From a virus (Duplodnaviria > Heunggongvirae > Uroviricota > Caudoviricetes), in the IMG/VR virus record IMGVR_UViG_2740892271_000012: a stretch of DNA of 48,408 bases; one strand, given 5' to 3'. The notes beneath the pieces were generated by a model. That model was not told the origin of the DNA. It made no database searches and saw only the letters and a program-made list of their open reading frames with translations. Numbering within the stretch: the first letter of the stretch is position 1; every line of letters begins with the position of its first letter. A program made the position numbers and the translations under genes. This document shows positions 1 to 9,795 of the stretch, piece after piece.

Positions 1-1236
1 CTACGATAACCGCGCATTCAACATGGCTACCTGTTCGTCGTTCATGTCATCAATCCACATACCGTAAATTTCATACACCATCTGCGCAGTTTCATGCCCC
101 ATCTGGCTGGCTATAAACGCCGGGTTCGCTCCTGCCGTCAACAGCCAGCAGGCAAAAGTATGCCGCGTATGGTACGGATTACGGCGGCGAATACCAGCAC
201 GTTTTACTGCTGCATTCCATCTCGCACCCAAACTGCTTACCGAGTAATAAGGTTTCTGTTTTCCGTTACACACTCTGGGCATGAAAACAAAATGCAGTTT
301 TTGCTTTTCGGTTCTGCCGTACTCCCGATGATAAAAAGTGATTTCGCTTTTGCGATGATGCCCGGTCAGTTTGTATTGCTCCTTCAGTGCTTCAAGAGCA
401 GGCTGCAGTAGTGTTACCGTCCGGATCCCCGCATTTGTTTTTGGGGGACCGAACATATCCAGTATCGTCAGGTTTCTTCTGACATTCACAACTCCCTTCT
501 CGAAATCCACATCCTCCCACGCCAGAGCAGCCAGTTCCCCGTGACGAAGCCCGGAGTATACGGCAAATTTCCACAAGTTCTGGCTCTGTCCTTTTTCACT
601 TTCCATTAATGCATTGAATTCTGTTTTAGATAACGGGTCAGGCTTTATTCTGTTTCTCTGTAATTTCTTTACTCCTTCAAATGGTTTGGTTGATATAAAT
701 CCCGACTGATACGCAAAACGTAACAACGAACAGAGCAGGGCGATATAGTTATCAACTGTGCGCACGGTTCTTCCTTTTTTGTTGGATCTTGGATTATCCA
801 GGTAAAGCGTTTCTCCATGCAGCAGTTCATTCCGGTAGTTTAAGATATCGCTATAACGAATATGCGATATCGGAGTACTCTCACAAATTATTATCCTGAG
901 TGTTTTTAATTGTGATTTCGTTTTCTTCATTGTGTTTGTTGTTAACTCTGTTTCTTTAATTTTTGTCCAGATATCACAAAGCTCCCCGAACGTTTTTATG
1001 ACCCTCGTTGTCACCATTTTTGCCCCAGTGCTGGACTGGGGAAAACGTCTTAAATACTCAAACTCACCGGAATTGATTTCATGAACTATCAACGCTCTTA
1101 AATTCCCGGCTTTTTTAATGTTACTGTTAGTAACCTCCCAGCCTTTCAATGTTTCCCGACATCGTTTTCCTCGAAACATGAACCAGATGCGAATGTATTT
1201 ACCTCGAATCTCGACACCTGTTGGTAATTTAGACAT
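1..1236 (-). CDS. intR: Tyrosine-type site-specific integrase (Rac IntR-like), 411 aa, stop codon at window start
   Basis: ORF track 411 aa beginning MSKLPTGVEIRGKYIRIWFMF and ending with R..HTxRHT..Y-type catalytic C-terminus; recalled near-identity to Rac IntR. Confidence 0.9.
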   Translation of the reverse strand: MSKLPTGVEIRGKYIRIWFMFRGKRCRETLKGWEVTNSNIKKAGNLRALIVHEINSGEFEYLRRFPQSSTGAKMVTTRVIKTFGELCDIWTKIKETELTTNTMKKTKSQLKTLRIIICESTPISHIRYSDILNYRNELLHGETLYLDNPRSNKKGRTVRTVDNYIALLCSLLRFAYQSGFISTKPFEGVKKLQRNRIKPDPLSKTEFNALMESEKGQSQNLWKFAVYSGLRHGELAALAWEDVDFEKGVVNVRRNLTILDMFGPPKTNAGIRTVTLLQPALEALKEQYKLTGHHRKSEITFYHREYGRTEKQKLHFVFMPRVCNGKQKPYYSVSSLGARWNAAVKRAGIRRRNPYHTRHTFACWLLTAGANPAFIASQMGHETAQMVYEIYGMWIDDMNDEQVAMLNARLS

Positions 1237-1237
1237 A

Positions 1238-1453
1238 TCATGAGTCTTTGATAAACTGATTTATCTTTGGATAGTTATACCAGATAATCCCTCGCTTACT
1301 GTCTGGCTTCCCTAAAGGAGATACTCGTTTGAAGTGGAAGCCTTCCACCCAACAGTTCTGGCGGTATGCTTCAATTTGTCTGGCCCCCAGACCAGTGCGA
1401 AGCATCAGGCCGTATTCAACCATCCACTCTTCATTAAAGATTACTTGTGCCAT
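1238..1453 (-). CDS. ydaQ: Excisionase-like small protein (YdaQ/XisR-like)
   Basis: ORF 1238-1477; internal ATG at 1453 gives [20 protein letters not shown]..., 71 aa; directly upstream of int on the same strand. Confidence 0.7.
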   Translation of the reverse strand: MAQVIFNEEWMVEYGLMLRTGLGARQIEAYRQNCWVEGFHFKRVSPLGKPDSKRGIIWYNYPKINQFIKDS

Positions 1454-1552
1454 CGCATCACCTCTGGCAGGCGCCAATGTTAGACTTAAATTGACGCCCG
1501 ATGTTGATTATTAATAATCAGCTATGAAGTTTTAATTTGAATACAATGCAAT

Positions 1553-1813
1553 TCACGAGGACTGAAGTTTCTCGCAATTAAAATTTATCAGTTTTACTTT
1601 CTGCTCTCTGGAAACGCCTGCTTCTTTTTTACCTGAGAGCATTTTTTCGCATTCTGATTTCGTTAGTTTAGATTTTGAATATCTTGTCCAGTTAGTAGGA
1701 GTGCCACCTTCCTTTTCAATAGTGGCGGTAATTTTATACATGAACACCTCCATTATTATTTCCAGTGGTTCGTTTATTTCATCGTTCGAGTGCTTCTTTT
1801 TCACTTCCACCAT
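1553..1813 (-). CDS. ydaC: Small hypothetical protein YdaC-like
   Basis: ORF track 86 aa MVEVKKKHSNDEINEP...; position between xis-like gene and ralR as in Rac. Confidence 0.6.
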   Translation of the reverse strand: MVEVKKKHSNDEINEPLEIIMEVFMYKITATIEKEGGTPTNWTRYSKSKLTKSECEKMLSGKKEAGVSREQKVKLINFNCEKLQSS

Positions 1814-1940
1814 AACCGGTTCGGGATTCGCATCCGTTACACTTCGCTCGGTAATATCCTGAAATGGCTTTCACCGTTACTGATGGACAACCACAAAATG
1901 GACATGGTTTAACATTGTCATATCTCATAATTTTTCTCAT
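1779..1940 (-). CDS. ralR: RalR/Lar-like restriction alleviation protein (Cys-rich small protein; type I toxin in Rac)
   Basis: Hand translation of reverse strand: MRKIMRYDNVKPCPFCGCPSVTVKAISGYYRAKCNGCESRTGYGGSEKEALER, stop TGA at 1779-1781 overlapping ydaC start; below the 60 aa cutoff of the ORF track. Confidence 0.6.
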   Translation of the reverse strand: MRKIMRYDNVKPCPFCGCPSVTVKAISGYYRAKCNGCESRTGYGGSEKEALER

Positions 1941-1983
1941 AAAAATATTTCAAGTTGGCGGTGCATTACACCGCCAGGCTGAA

Positions 1984-2793
1984 TTATTCCTCTGAATTAT
2001 CGATTACACTGTATTCCCCGGTTAATACAGAGGAATCTGCAGGATCGATTGTCAGTGGTTCCTTTTCATCCATTGATACTGCACGCTGGATCTCAATTGA
2101 TACGGGCAGATATTTGAACAGGCGACGAATAGCCGTTTTCTTTGCCATTTCTTCCCAGTGAGTTACCCACGGCCCGTTATTACCAGCTTTACTCTGGCTG
2201 CGCACCAGCTCAATCTGTTTGCGCGTCATAACTTCAAACTGAGTACCTCCGTCTTTCAGTCTTGCGACAGCATAGACGTGGGTAACAGGGGCATCTTCGT
2301 TTTCTCCTGGGCGGTGTATTAACTTTTCATCAAGGCCAAATTCGAAATTAAACTCGTCACCTTCACGGACAACACGGGCTGACAGGCTGGCGATTTGACC
2401 TGAACGGCGAGCCAGATCAATCATGCCGCGATAGCCAATGATTAGCTGAACGTTTTTTTTACCGCTCTTTTCGTTTTTATTACCAAAAGGCAGTAAATAT
2501 GCATGACCGAGGGCGCTACCGGGCTCAAGTCCGAGCTGTGAACACTGTACGATTGCACTGACAAAACTCATAGTGTCACAGTTTCCTAACGCCGGAACTT
2601 TACGAATTTCTGTGGTGGCGATACGGATCATACGTTCAGCCGTCATATGGCGTGGAAGAGCTGCTGCCAGTTGCTCTTTCATTGATGGCTGGTTAATAAA
2701 ACTAATCACGTCGTTATTTTTAATTGCTGCTGGTGCACGGTTTCCCTGAGTTTTTTGCAGATCGGCTTTTGCGATTGGTGGTTGCTTAGTCAT
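1984..2793 (-). CDS. recT: RecT single-strand annealing recombinase
   Basis: ORF 1984-2850; start ATG at 2793 gives [16 protein letters not shown]..., 269 aa; start overlaps recE stop. Confidence 0.9.
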   Translation of the reverse strand: MTKQPPIAKADLQKTQGNRAPAAIKNNDVISFINQPSMKEQLAAALPRHMTAERMIRIATTEIRKVPALGNCDTMSFVSAIVQCSQLGLEPGSALGHAYLLPFGNKNEKSGKKNVQLIIGYRGMIDLARRSGQIASLSARVVREGDEFNFEFGLDEKLIHRPGENEDAPVTHVYAVARLKDGGTQFEVMTRKQIELVRSQSKAGNNGPWVTHWEEMAKKTAIRRLFKYLPVSIEIQRAVSMDEKEPLTIDPADSSVLTGEYSVIDNSEE

Positions 2794-5386
2794 TTGCATA
2801 TTCCTTAGCCCAGCGGGGCAGTGATAACGTCTTAATAGCTGGCCATTCATCGGTATTGAGGCAGTCAGCCAGGGTTCGCAGATTGCGGTGATATTCCAGC
2901 TGACCTGCCAGTTTTGCTTCTTCGCCCATCATGAAAATTTCAACCGGATAACGTCCGCATTCAATAGTTGTGCTGGCAACCAGAAAAACGAAAGTTGGCT
3001 GCACTCCAAACTGTGCTTCATAACCGTCACTGTAGAATGCATCCTGAACGTGATAGCGGTAGTCGTAATAAGCGGTTTTGAATCGTTGAATATCCGCCGT
3101 AGTTTTCACGTCCATGATCCAGTGAAATTCAGGGATAATTTTGTCCGGACGGCACCGACACAAAATTGCTGTTTCAGGATCTTCCCAGTAAATTGATGAT
3201 TCAGCGTGTCCGGCGCTTTCAACAAGCCATTGCCCCAGCGGCAAAGCCATAACGCTCTGATACATGAGTTCAATTTTCCGGCCTTCTTCGGCAGTGATAA
3301 CCGTTTTTCCTGTGCTTGCGCATTCCCTCAGAAACGCTTTCTCTTCTTCTTTTCCGGAGTTTGTCCGGCGGTTAAATTCAGGTGCTACGATAAAGCGGTT
3401 ACTGAATTCTTCCGGCTCAAGTACCCGGCAGTGGAAAGCGGTTCCTAAATCGAGCGTTTTTGTCTTTGTGGTGTCCACGGGGGCATTTTTACGCCACAAA
3501 TACAGTGCCGGAGTATCAGCAATGTCATCGAGCTGAGACTTACTGACACCGGGACCCGCGTGGTAATTCTCATTCGAAATTCCGTAATAAATACCTGGCT
3601 CTATGTCTTCTACGATTACGGGATCTGCGACTTCGCCAGTTTCATCACTGCAATCGCGATGCGGATCGCTGCCAGCATTCTCATTGTGCGGATGTTCAGC
3701 GCCTTCCATTTCCTCCGGATCATTTTCCTTAGCTTCAACCTGACTCTCTTCATCGAATGTTTCCTGGTATGTTGCGTCGCCCATCACCGCACCACAGTCA
3801 GGGCAGTTATCCCCGCCAGTCTGGCCGCAGGCATTGCAGGCTATTTCCGGTTCCTGTTGCACTACTGGCTCAGGTTGATTCATATCCGGGCTGGTTTTTT
3901 CCGTTTCTGGCTGGTTCTGGTACACACAATCGCGAGTCTGGATCCCCTTTACCCATTTCGGATCGTTCGGGTCGCTAATTCCGTCAACAAATTCACCACG
4001 TGATGCAGCAAGCAATTTATCGGCATCGACAGGATTTTTTGATGGAATGTTTTTCCGGGCTTCATGGAGTTCTGCCCGCAGTTCCTGATATTTCGCATCA
4101 ACAGAATTTACCTGTGACTGAGCATCCAGCGGCTGCGTGTCCTGATGATGTTCAGTTGCGTCCGGTTCCATTGTTTCAGCCTCTCCCTGTTCAACTGCCG
4201 TTGTTCCAGATGGTTGCGGTTTTTCTTCATCATCCTGTTTTCCTTCTTCTGTTACTCGCTGCGGCATCGGGGCAGAGGAGCGACCGCAGGCAATATCCAC
4301 GATTTCCGGATCAGGGTTGGCATGATCGGTTTCAGTCAGTACTTTGTTCAGATATTCAGTGACGTGCGCGGGGATGACCTCGATCCCAATTGGTGCTTCT
4401 TTTACGGACGCAACCACGATGGCGCGGGAATAATCCAGCCCGCCAGGCATGGTGATGAATTTGTCGCGGAAAACAGAAAAGGGCGGTTTATTTTCAGCGA
4501 TAATTTCCTCAATGCGTTTAGCGTGTGCCGGATGAAGGTTATAGATGTCCAGATCCATTGAACGGGCCAGTACGCCAGTGGCTACGTCCCGCGCCAGTGA
4601 CGTCAGATCGTGTACGAAACCTTCGCCGCGATCGGTGAGGTTTCCGCCGCCAGCATTAGCACCGGAAGCCGTGCGAGTGATGTGTGAAACACGATTACCC
4701 TTCATCCACTCTTTTGTCAGCAGTCCTCGATCGGTGTAGTCAGCGTTCAGGTATGCTTCGAAAAAAGCAGTTATCAGTCCCAGGTTTGAATTACCAGGAT
4801 TAGGGAAAACTTTGTCAGTGTCACGAACCAGTTTGTGGAGTTCGCGAATTTCCAGCGGGTCGAGCAGGCTGGTTTTGTGGGAAACAGCCAGGGCAGTAAC
4901 AGCCGGTAGTTCTTCAGCCCGAGCAATGTGTAATGCCTGGAGTCCGTCGCGTGAAACGTGCGTTACCGGTTTTTCGCTGCCGTGTTGAGCAAGCCAACGA
5001 ATGGGCAGTTCCTGGCCAGAAATTGGGAGTAGCATATTCTCCTCAATCTCAGGCATGTCTTCGCCGTTGACGTTGGTATTGCCTTGATAGTGAGCGTTGT
5101 CTGGTGCTGCTCCCGGTTTTAGTTCCCATGTCATGGAGTCTTTGCTGAGTTGATAGCGTTCACTCCAGGTAAAATCGATCTCACCTTCAGCGGGCAGGTC
5201 ATTAACGACAGGAAAATTCGTGGCAACAGCTTTAAAATAGCTGCTCAGTTTTTTACCTGACTTAACGATCAGGTAGTCCAGAGTGGCACAGGTCGATTCA
5301 AAATCGTTGCTTGCCCACAGGACGACGTCAGGTTCACCGGATGATTTTTTCGCTTTCCGTAACAGGAAGAGTGGTTTTGTGCTCAT
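2786..5386 (-). CDS. recE: RecE exonuclease VIII (5'-3' dsDNA exonuclease)
   Basis: ORF track 866 aa, [30 protein letters not shown]...; full length, translationally coupled to recT. Confidence 0.9.
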   Translation of the reverse strand: MSTKPLFLLRKAKKSSGEPDVVLWASNDFESTCATLDYLIVKSGKKLSSYFKAVATNFPVVNDLPAEGEIDFTWSERYQLSKDSMTWELKPGAAPDNAHYQGNTNVNGEDMPEIEENMLLPISGQELPIRWLAQHGSEKPVTHVSRDGLQALHIARAEELPAVTALAVSHKTSLLDPLEIRELHKLVRDTDKVFPNPGNSNLGLITAFFEAYLNADYTDRGLLTKEWMKGNRVSHITRTASGANAGGGNLTDRGEGFVHDLTSLARDVATGVLARSMDLDIYNLHPAHAKRIEEIIAENKPPFSVFRDKFITMPGGLDYSRAIVVASVKEAPIGIEVIPAHVTEYLNKVLTETDHANPDPEIVDIACGRSSAPMPQRVTEEGKQDDEEKPQPSGTTAVEQGEAETMEPDATEHHQDTQPLDAQSQVNSVDAKYQELRAELHEARKNIPSKNPVDADKLLAASRGEFVDGISDPNDPKWVKGIQTRDCVYQNQPETEKTSPDMNQPEPVVQQEPEIACNACGQTGGDNCPDCGAVMGDATYQETFDEESQVEAKENDPEEMEGAEHPHNENAGSDPHRDCSDETGEVADPVIVEDIEPGIYYGISNENYHAGPGVSKSQLDDIADTPALYLWRKNAPVDTTKTKTLDLGTAFHCRVLEPEEFSNRFIVAPEFNRRTNSGKEEEKAFLRECASTGKTVITAEEGRKIELMYQSVMALPLGQWLVESAGHAESSIYWEDPETAILCRCRPDKIIPEFHWIMDVKTTADIQRFKTAYYDYRYHVQDAFYSDGYEAQFGVQPTFVFLVASTTIECGRYPVEIFMMGEEAKLAGQLEYHRNLRTLADCLNTDEWPAIKTLSLPRWAKEYAND

Positions 5387-5487
5387 TGTTTTTTAACCTC
5401 AACTCAGATTAAAATTCGTTTTGTTCAGTGAATGATCTTGCCGGATACACACTGTTCATAGCCTGCGCCATACGCAGGCTATTTCTT

Positions 5488-5763
5488 TCAGATTTCACCT
5501 TTTAATTTCATTGCAATTAGAGTTGCCAGAAATTCGGCTTTTTTTTCTGCGGGCAGATTCTTTCCGATATGCACCAGGCACATTTTTTTGACACCTTCAT
5601 CAAGTGTTTTTACGTTGCCTGATGGACCATCGATATCAACCACAGTGAATGGGGTTTCTTTATTTTCTGTTTTAATTACGTAGCCAATGCGCTTTCCTTC
5701 CAGATTCACCTCGTGAACAATGTCATCGGTAGTTACAACAGTGGCTTCATAATTGGTAATCAT
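5488..5763 (-). CDS. racC: RacC-like small protein
   Basis: ORF 5488-5811; ATG at 5763 with AAGGAG upstream gives MITNYEATVVTTDDIVHEV... Confidence 0.7.
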   Translation of the reverse strand: MITNYEATVVTTDDIVHEVNLEGKRIGYVIKTENKETPFTVVDIDGPSGNVKTLDEGVKKMCLVHIGKNLPAEKKAEFLATLIAMKLKGEI

Positions 5764-5837
5764 GTTTTTCTCCTTAATTAAGGTTGAGCGAATACCTGCC
5801 ATTTCTGGCATAAATTCAGTTTCGAATAGTCAATTAA

Positions 5838-6008
5838 TTAAAGTTCATGTGCCATCTGGTCTTTTTCGGCACAAGCTTCACTGCAATATTTTCTCGGTTC
5901 GTCTTTTGATAAAATCCCGTGCATGAAGTGAAGCATTCTTTCAATAGCTTTGCTTTCTTCAACGTCTTTTTTGCAAAGGTGGTAAGCACATTTTATTTTC
6001 TTAGTCAT
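5838..6008 (-). CDS. ydaE: YdaE-like Cys/His-rich small protein (56 aa)
   Basis: Hand translation: [56 protein letters not shown]; start overlaps kilR stop (ATGA). Confidence 0.6.
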   Translation of the reverse strand: MTKKIKCAYHLCKKDVEESKAIERMLHFMHGILSKDEPRKYCSEACAEKDQMAHEL

Positions 6009-6229
6009 CACCATGACTCCGCCTTTACAGGTAAACCATCACGACCGAGGAAGACTTTAATCATGCGGTCAGTAATGCATGTTTTTGTGGTCAGGTTACG
6101 AATATATAGTTTTCGCTTTTTAATATTGTTTGCCGAGGCAATATATGTCCGGCCTTCATGAAGAACATAATCGCCAGGAGTCACACACTGACGTGGTATT
6201 TCATCAGTTCCGAAGTGATGTGCAATCAT
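6008..6229 (-). CDS. kilR: KilR cell-division inhibitor (Kil family)
   Basis: ORF 6008-6241; ATG at 6229 with GGAG upstream gives [42 protein letters not shown]..., 73 aa. Confidence 0.8.
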   Translation of the reverse strand: MIAHHFGTDEIPRQCVTPGDYVLHEGRTYIASANNIKKRKLYIRNLTTKTCITDRMIKVFLGRDGLPVKAESW

Positions 6230-6670
6230 AATTATCTCCATTTTTACAAATGAACTTTGTTGATGCGGTGCCTGGTGCCTCCAGGTGACTGCAACCAGTT
6301 AACAATTACAGTCGGCTTTCCCACCCAAACCAATAAGGACTAACATGACTTTTAACTGTGCCACGTGCGCTTAGCCGCATTCACCGCATCACAAAATTCA
6401 CTTTAAAAAGGGCGGACATCAGCCGAACTTCAAGAAAAAAACTGATGCCGCCAGGACTACACACAGCAATGTCGTTATTTACAACCGGAGGCGCACTCCC
6501 ACCATTTAAATTTAACAGACAAGACCGACTCTTTATGGATATCGGAAATGCGCCTTCGTGTTGTGCCCGGTTTTATTTCACCACCTCCGGGCTTCGGTGG
6601 TCTCGGCTATACCCCTACAGCGAGAGCTTGTGTTAACATTTCAATACCCTTACAGTTGAGAGTTATTGAT

Positions 6671-7159
6671 ATGTTGGATGTATTTACTCCATTGTTGAAA
6701 CTTTTTGCTAACGAGCCACTCGAAATACTTATGTATACGATTATCATTTTTGGTCTCACTCTCTGGCTGATACCGAAAGAGTTTACTGTCGCATTCAATG
6801 CTTATACTGAAATACCTTGGCTCTTTCAGATTATCGTTTTTGCCTTTTCTTTCGTGGTCGCCATTTCCTTCTCAAGATTGCGAGCACATATTCAAAAGCA
6901 TTATTCATTACTACCAGAGCAACGAGTATTGCTTCGTTTATCTGAGAAAGAAATCGCTGTATTTAAAGATTTCCTTAAAACAGGAAATCTTATTATCACT
7001 TCTCCTTGCCGTAACCCGGTTATGAAAAAATTAGAACGGAAGGGCATCATTCAACATCAGAGTGATAGCGCAAACTGTTCTTATTATCTCGTCACCGAAA
7101 AATACTCCCATTTTATGAAGTTATTCTGGAACAGCAGGAGTAGACGTTTTAATCGTTAG
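6671..7159 (+). CDS. sieB: Superinfection exclusion protein B (SieB)
   Basis: ORF 6548-7159; internal ATG at 6671 gives MLDVFTPLLKLFANEPLEILMYTIIIFGLTLWLIPKEF..., hydrophobic N-terminus; 162 aa. Confidence 0.85.
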   Translation: MLDVFTPLLKLFANEPLEILMYTIIIFGLTLWLIPKEFTVAFNAYTEIPWLFQIIVFAFSFVVAISFSRLRAHIQKHYSLLPEQRVLLRLSEKEIAVFKDFLKTGNLIITSPCRNPVMKKLERKGIIQHQSDSANCSYYLVTEKYSHFMKLFWNSRSRRFNR

Positions 7160-7311
7160 CTTACTGTGTGCTTCTCCAACCATCGGCGCGCACCAGTTTC
7201 GGTTTTAAATGTTTTGCTTTTGGTATACGTCATGGCAGTGAACGTTCCATCCTGGTTGGGGAACACGCCGCACACCAGGGATTCGTTGTTGCCGAGGTCG
7301 ATTTTTTGCAT
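7156..7311 (-). CDS. ydaF: YdaF-like small protein (51 aa)
   Basis: Hand translation: MQKIDLGNNESLVCGVFPNQDGTFTAMTYTKSKTFKTETGARRWLEKHTVS; convergent with sieB. Confidence 0.55.
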   Translation of the reverse strand: MQKIDLGNNESLVCGVFPNQDGTFTAMTYTKSKTFKTETGARRWLEKHTVS

Positions 7312-7321
7312 TTTGCGAATC

Positions 7322-7456
7322 TCACATCTTGTTGCTGTGTATAGCGACTTCTGCCTGCCAGAGATCCCAGTCGTTGCTGCGTAAAGCCTGCACAGCCTGG
7401 TTGTAAGTGATACCGCAACAATCCATCAAATACTGAACTACTTCGTAATGCACCAT
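7322..7456 (-). CDS. ydaG: YdaG-like small protein (44 aa)
   Basis: ORF 7322-7504; internal ATG at 7456 gives MVHYEVVQYLMDCCGITYNQAVQALRSNDWDLWQAEVAIHSNKM. Confidence 0.55.
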   Translation of the reverse strand: MVHYEVVQYLMDCCGITYNQAVQALRSNDWDLWQAEVAIHSNKM

Positions 7457-7624
7457 CTTATCTCTCCCCTTAACGCCGGGTGGCGGAACTGAAACCTGCT
7501 GCACTGCAAAATCTGAACCCTGCCGTCATGTTCATACGCCTCGGGCTGGCTACTTAACCCCTGACCACTGCCTGGTAACTCGAAGTATTGCCCTGCGTTC
7601 TGTGGGGCGGGGTGGGTTGGTAGG

Positions 7625-7672
7625 TATATAATGTACTTTGTGTTCATTGATGTAAAGTACTATAAGTACATT
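7625..7672. promoter_or_regulatory. Putative leftward early promoter/operator region with ATGTACT/AAGTACT/AAGTACA repeats
   Basis: Seen in sequence: atgtact 7631-7637, aagtact 7655-7661, aagtaca 7664-7670, next to a TATATAAT stretch; lies between the repressor gene and the leftward operon. Confidence 0.3.
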
Positions 7673-7746
7673 TTGTGTGTAAAAAAATGAGATGGGATAA
7701 AGTGAAGCACAAACCCGGAGGGGGACGCTACCGGATTTATGCTGGT

Positions 7747-8166
7747 TTAAGAGGCTTTTTGTTTTTTCTTTCGTGCTAGCTCTTCGTAAATTGCATTGTA
7801 CTTCTGTTTTTTCTCCTCAAGAGTTTTTAAAAGTTCATCTGTCTCACTGTCAGGGAGCTCGTCCAGAAGGTCAATGATGATTTTTTGTCTTGGATTTAAC
7901 TCCTGATAGAAACGTACCTGTCCACTTTCTTCTGTATCCTCTCCCAAAAGATAGGTTGGTGTTGTTCCAATGAGTGTTGCTAATTCCCTTAATTTCTCTC
8001 GGCGAGGAATTGTTTCGCCATTAAACCATTTGCTAACCGCTTTTGGTGTTAATTTCATTCGACGGGCAATTTCTGCCTGCCTTCCATGTTGTTCATAACC
8101 AGCGTTTTCACAGGCTAGCGCAAGCCTACTGGCGAACTCTTTACGCGCTTTATCTTCATGAACCAT
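7747..8166 (-). CDS. racR: Prophage repressor (cI-like HTH XRE-family, no S24 peptidase domain; RacR-like)
   Basis: ORF 7747-8184 (GTG); ATG at 8166 gives MVHEDKARKEFASRLALACENAGYEQHGRQAEIARRMKLTPKAVSKWFNGE..., a classic HTH; acidic coiled C-terminus. Confidence 0.7.
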   Translation of the reverse strand: MVHEDKARKEFASRLALACENAGYEQHGRQAEIARRMKLTPKAVSKWFNGETIPRREKLRELATLIGTTPTYLLGEDTEESGQVRFYQELNPRQKIIIDLLDELPDSETDELLKTLEEKKQKYNAIYEELARKKKQKAS

Positions 8167-8245
8167 AAGTTCAATGATATTCACTCTTGAATGTACTGTC
8201 AGTTCTGTTATAGCATGTACTCAAAGTTCACATTGTGAGGGTGAT
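8167..8245. promoter_or_regulatory. Divergent promoter/operator region between repressor and cro-like gene
   Basis: Two direct ATGTACT copies (8191-8197 and 8215-8221) in the 79-bp gap between divergent racR and ydaS starts; same heptamer as at 7631. Confidence 0.35.
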
Positions 8246-8500
8246 ATGAACCAGAAAACACTTGAAGATGTAATCAAAACTGTTCGCGTTTCTGTTGTGG
8301 CCGACGTTTGTGGTGTCAGCCAAAGAGCAATCTACAAATGGATGGATAACGGAAAATTGCCTCGCACAGAATATACCGGCGAAACAAATTACGCTGAAAA
8401 AATCGCTCATGCATCAAACGGATTATTTTCTGCTGATGTAATTTTAACTATTGGCAGAAATAAAACTACTACGAAAAAGCTGATGGGAGTTGATTCATGA
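8246..8500 (+). CDS. ydaS: Cro-like small DNA-binding protein (YdaS-like)
   Basis: ORF 8174-8500; ATG at 8246 gives MNQKTLEDVIKTVRVSVVADVCGVSQRAIYKWMDNGKLP (HTH); divergent from repressor. Confidence 0.7.
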   Translation: MNQKTLEDVIKTVRVSVVADVCGVSQRAIYKWMDNGKLPRTEYTGETNYAEKIAHASNGLFSADVILTIGRNKTTTKKLMGVDS

Positions 8501-8919
8501 AAATCAAGCATGAGCACATCGAGTCAGTGTTGTTAGCCCTGGCAGCCGAAAAAGGGCAGGCATGGGTAGCCAATGCCATTACTGAAGAATATCTGCGCCA
8601 GGGGGGCGGCGAATTGCCCCTGGTACCAGGCAAGGACTGGAATAATCAGCAGAATATCTATCACCGTTGGTTGAAAGGTGAAACGAAAACGCAAAGAGAA
8701 AAAATTCAGAAGCTGATCCCAGCAATTCTGGCAATCCTTCCGCGCGAGCTGCGTCACCGACTCTGCATCTTCGATACCCTGGAACGCCGTGCATTACTGG
8801 CGGCGCAGGAAGCGTTAAGTACGGCAATTGATGCGCATGATGATGCAGTCCAAGCCGTTTACCGGAAAGCGCATTTCAGCGGCGGCGGGTCTTCCGACGA
8901 TTCTGTCATTGTTCATTAA
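8497..8919 (+). CDS. ydaT: YdaT-like protein (CII-position regulator/toxin-like)
   Basis: ORF track 140 aa MKIKHEHIESVLLALAAEKGQAWVANAITEEYL...; start overlaps ydaS stop. Confidence 0.7.
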   Translation: MKIKHEHIESVLLALAAEKGQAWVANAITEEYLRQGGGELPLVPGKDWNNQQNIYHRWLKGETKTQREKIQKLIPAILAILPRELRHRLCIFDTLERRALLAAQEALSTAIDAHDDAVQAVYRKAHFSGGGSSDDSVIVH

Positions 8920-8931
8920 GCAAAAGTTTCC

Positions 8932-9789
8932 ATGCTGTTTGTGCTTATTCTAAGCCACCGGGCAGCATCATACGGGGCAATTATGGCCGCATTACCATAC
9001 ATGCAACTGTACATAGCTGATTACCTGGCTGACACCATGCATTTGTCAGCAGAGGAGCATGGTGCGTATTTGTTGCTGATGTTCAATTACTGGCAAACAG
9101 GAAAGCCAATACCTAAAAACAGGCTGGCAAAAATTGCCCGTCTGACTAACGAGCGATGGGCTGATGTTGAACCATCCTTGCAGGAGTTTTTTTGCGATAA
9201 CGGCGAGGAATGGGTGCATCTTCGGATTGAGGAAGATCTGGCATCAGTCAGGGAAAAATTAACCAAAAAATCAGCCGCAGGAAAAGCATCTGTTCAGGCC
9301 AGAAGAAGCAGAAAGGAAGCAGATGTTCAAACAAAACAAGAGAGAAATTTAACAGGTGTTCAAACAGATGTTGAAGTGGTGTTTGAACATGATGTCAACA
9401 CAAAGGCAACTAATAAAGATACAGATAAAGATCTAAAAACAGATCCCCCCCTAAATCCCCCCCGGGGGAATCGAGGTGTCAAAAAGTTTGACCCTCTGGA
9501 TATTGCTTTGCCGAACTGGATTTCTGTCTCGCTTTGGCGTGAGTGGGTTGAATTTCGCCAGGCATTGCGAAAACCGATTCGAACGGAGCAGGGCGCTAAC
9601 GGGGCGATACGGGAGCTGGAAAAATTCCGCCAGCAGGGTTTTTCACCTGAGCAGGTGATTCGACACAGCATCGCCAATGAATACCAGGGCTTGTTCGCGC
9701 CGAAAGGTGTTCGACCTGAGACGTTACTCCGACAGGTTAACACCGTCTCGTTACCGGATAGTGCGATCCCGCCAGGCTTCAGGGGGTAA
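8932..9789 (+). CDS. ydaU: Replication initiation protein (YdaU-like, lambda O-position)
   Basis: ORF track 285 aa; sits before the DnaC-like loader gene; contains an internal iteron-like cluster in an interdomain linker. Confidence 0.7.
   Translation: MLFVLILSHRAASYGAIMAALPYMQLYIADYLADTMHLSAEEHGAYLLLMFNYWQTGKPIPKNRLAKIARLTNERWADVEPSLQEFFCDNGEEWVHLRIEEDLASVREKLTKKSAAGKASVQARRSRKEADVQTKQERNLTGVQTDVEVVFEHDVNTKATNKDTDKDLKTDPPLNPPRGNRGVKKFDPLDIALPNWISVSLWREWVEFRQALRKPIRTEQGANGAIRELEKFRQQGFSPEQVIRHSIANEYQGLFAPKGVRPETLLRQVNTVSLPDSAIPPGFRG
9321..9390. repeat. Iteron-like cluster: three copies of TGTTCAAACA (two direct, one inverted) followed by an A-rich stretch; candidate phage replication origin
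   Basis: Seen in sequence: tgttcaaaca at 9324-9333 and 9357-9366, reverse complement tgtttgaaca at 9380-9389, then aataaagatacagataaagatctaaaaac. Confidence 0.35.
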
Positions 9790-9795
9790 CTGACC

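Noticed and set aside
1955-2161. 68-aa plus-strand ORF overlapping recT
   Set aside because: Antisense shadow ORF within a confidently called gene
2888-4739. Several plus-strand ORFs (102-147 aa) inside recE
   Set aside because: They lie antisense to a well-supported 866-aa gene, have no RBS and show low-complexity composition typical of shadow ORFs
6358-6636. 92-aa ORF in the kilR-sieB intergenic region
   Set aside because: No convincing RBS and it overlaps the likely sieB promoter; more likely non-coding regulatory DNA
8932-8979. Upstream extension of ydaU (MLFVLILSHRAASYGAIM...)
   Set aside because: Probably translated from a later in-frame ATG; the longest ORF start is kept in the feature only for lack of a better anchor
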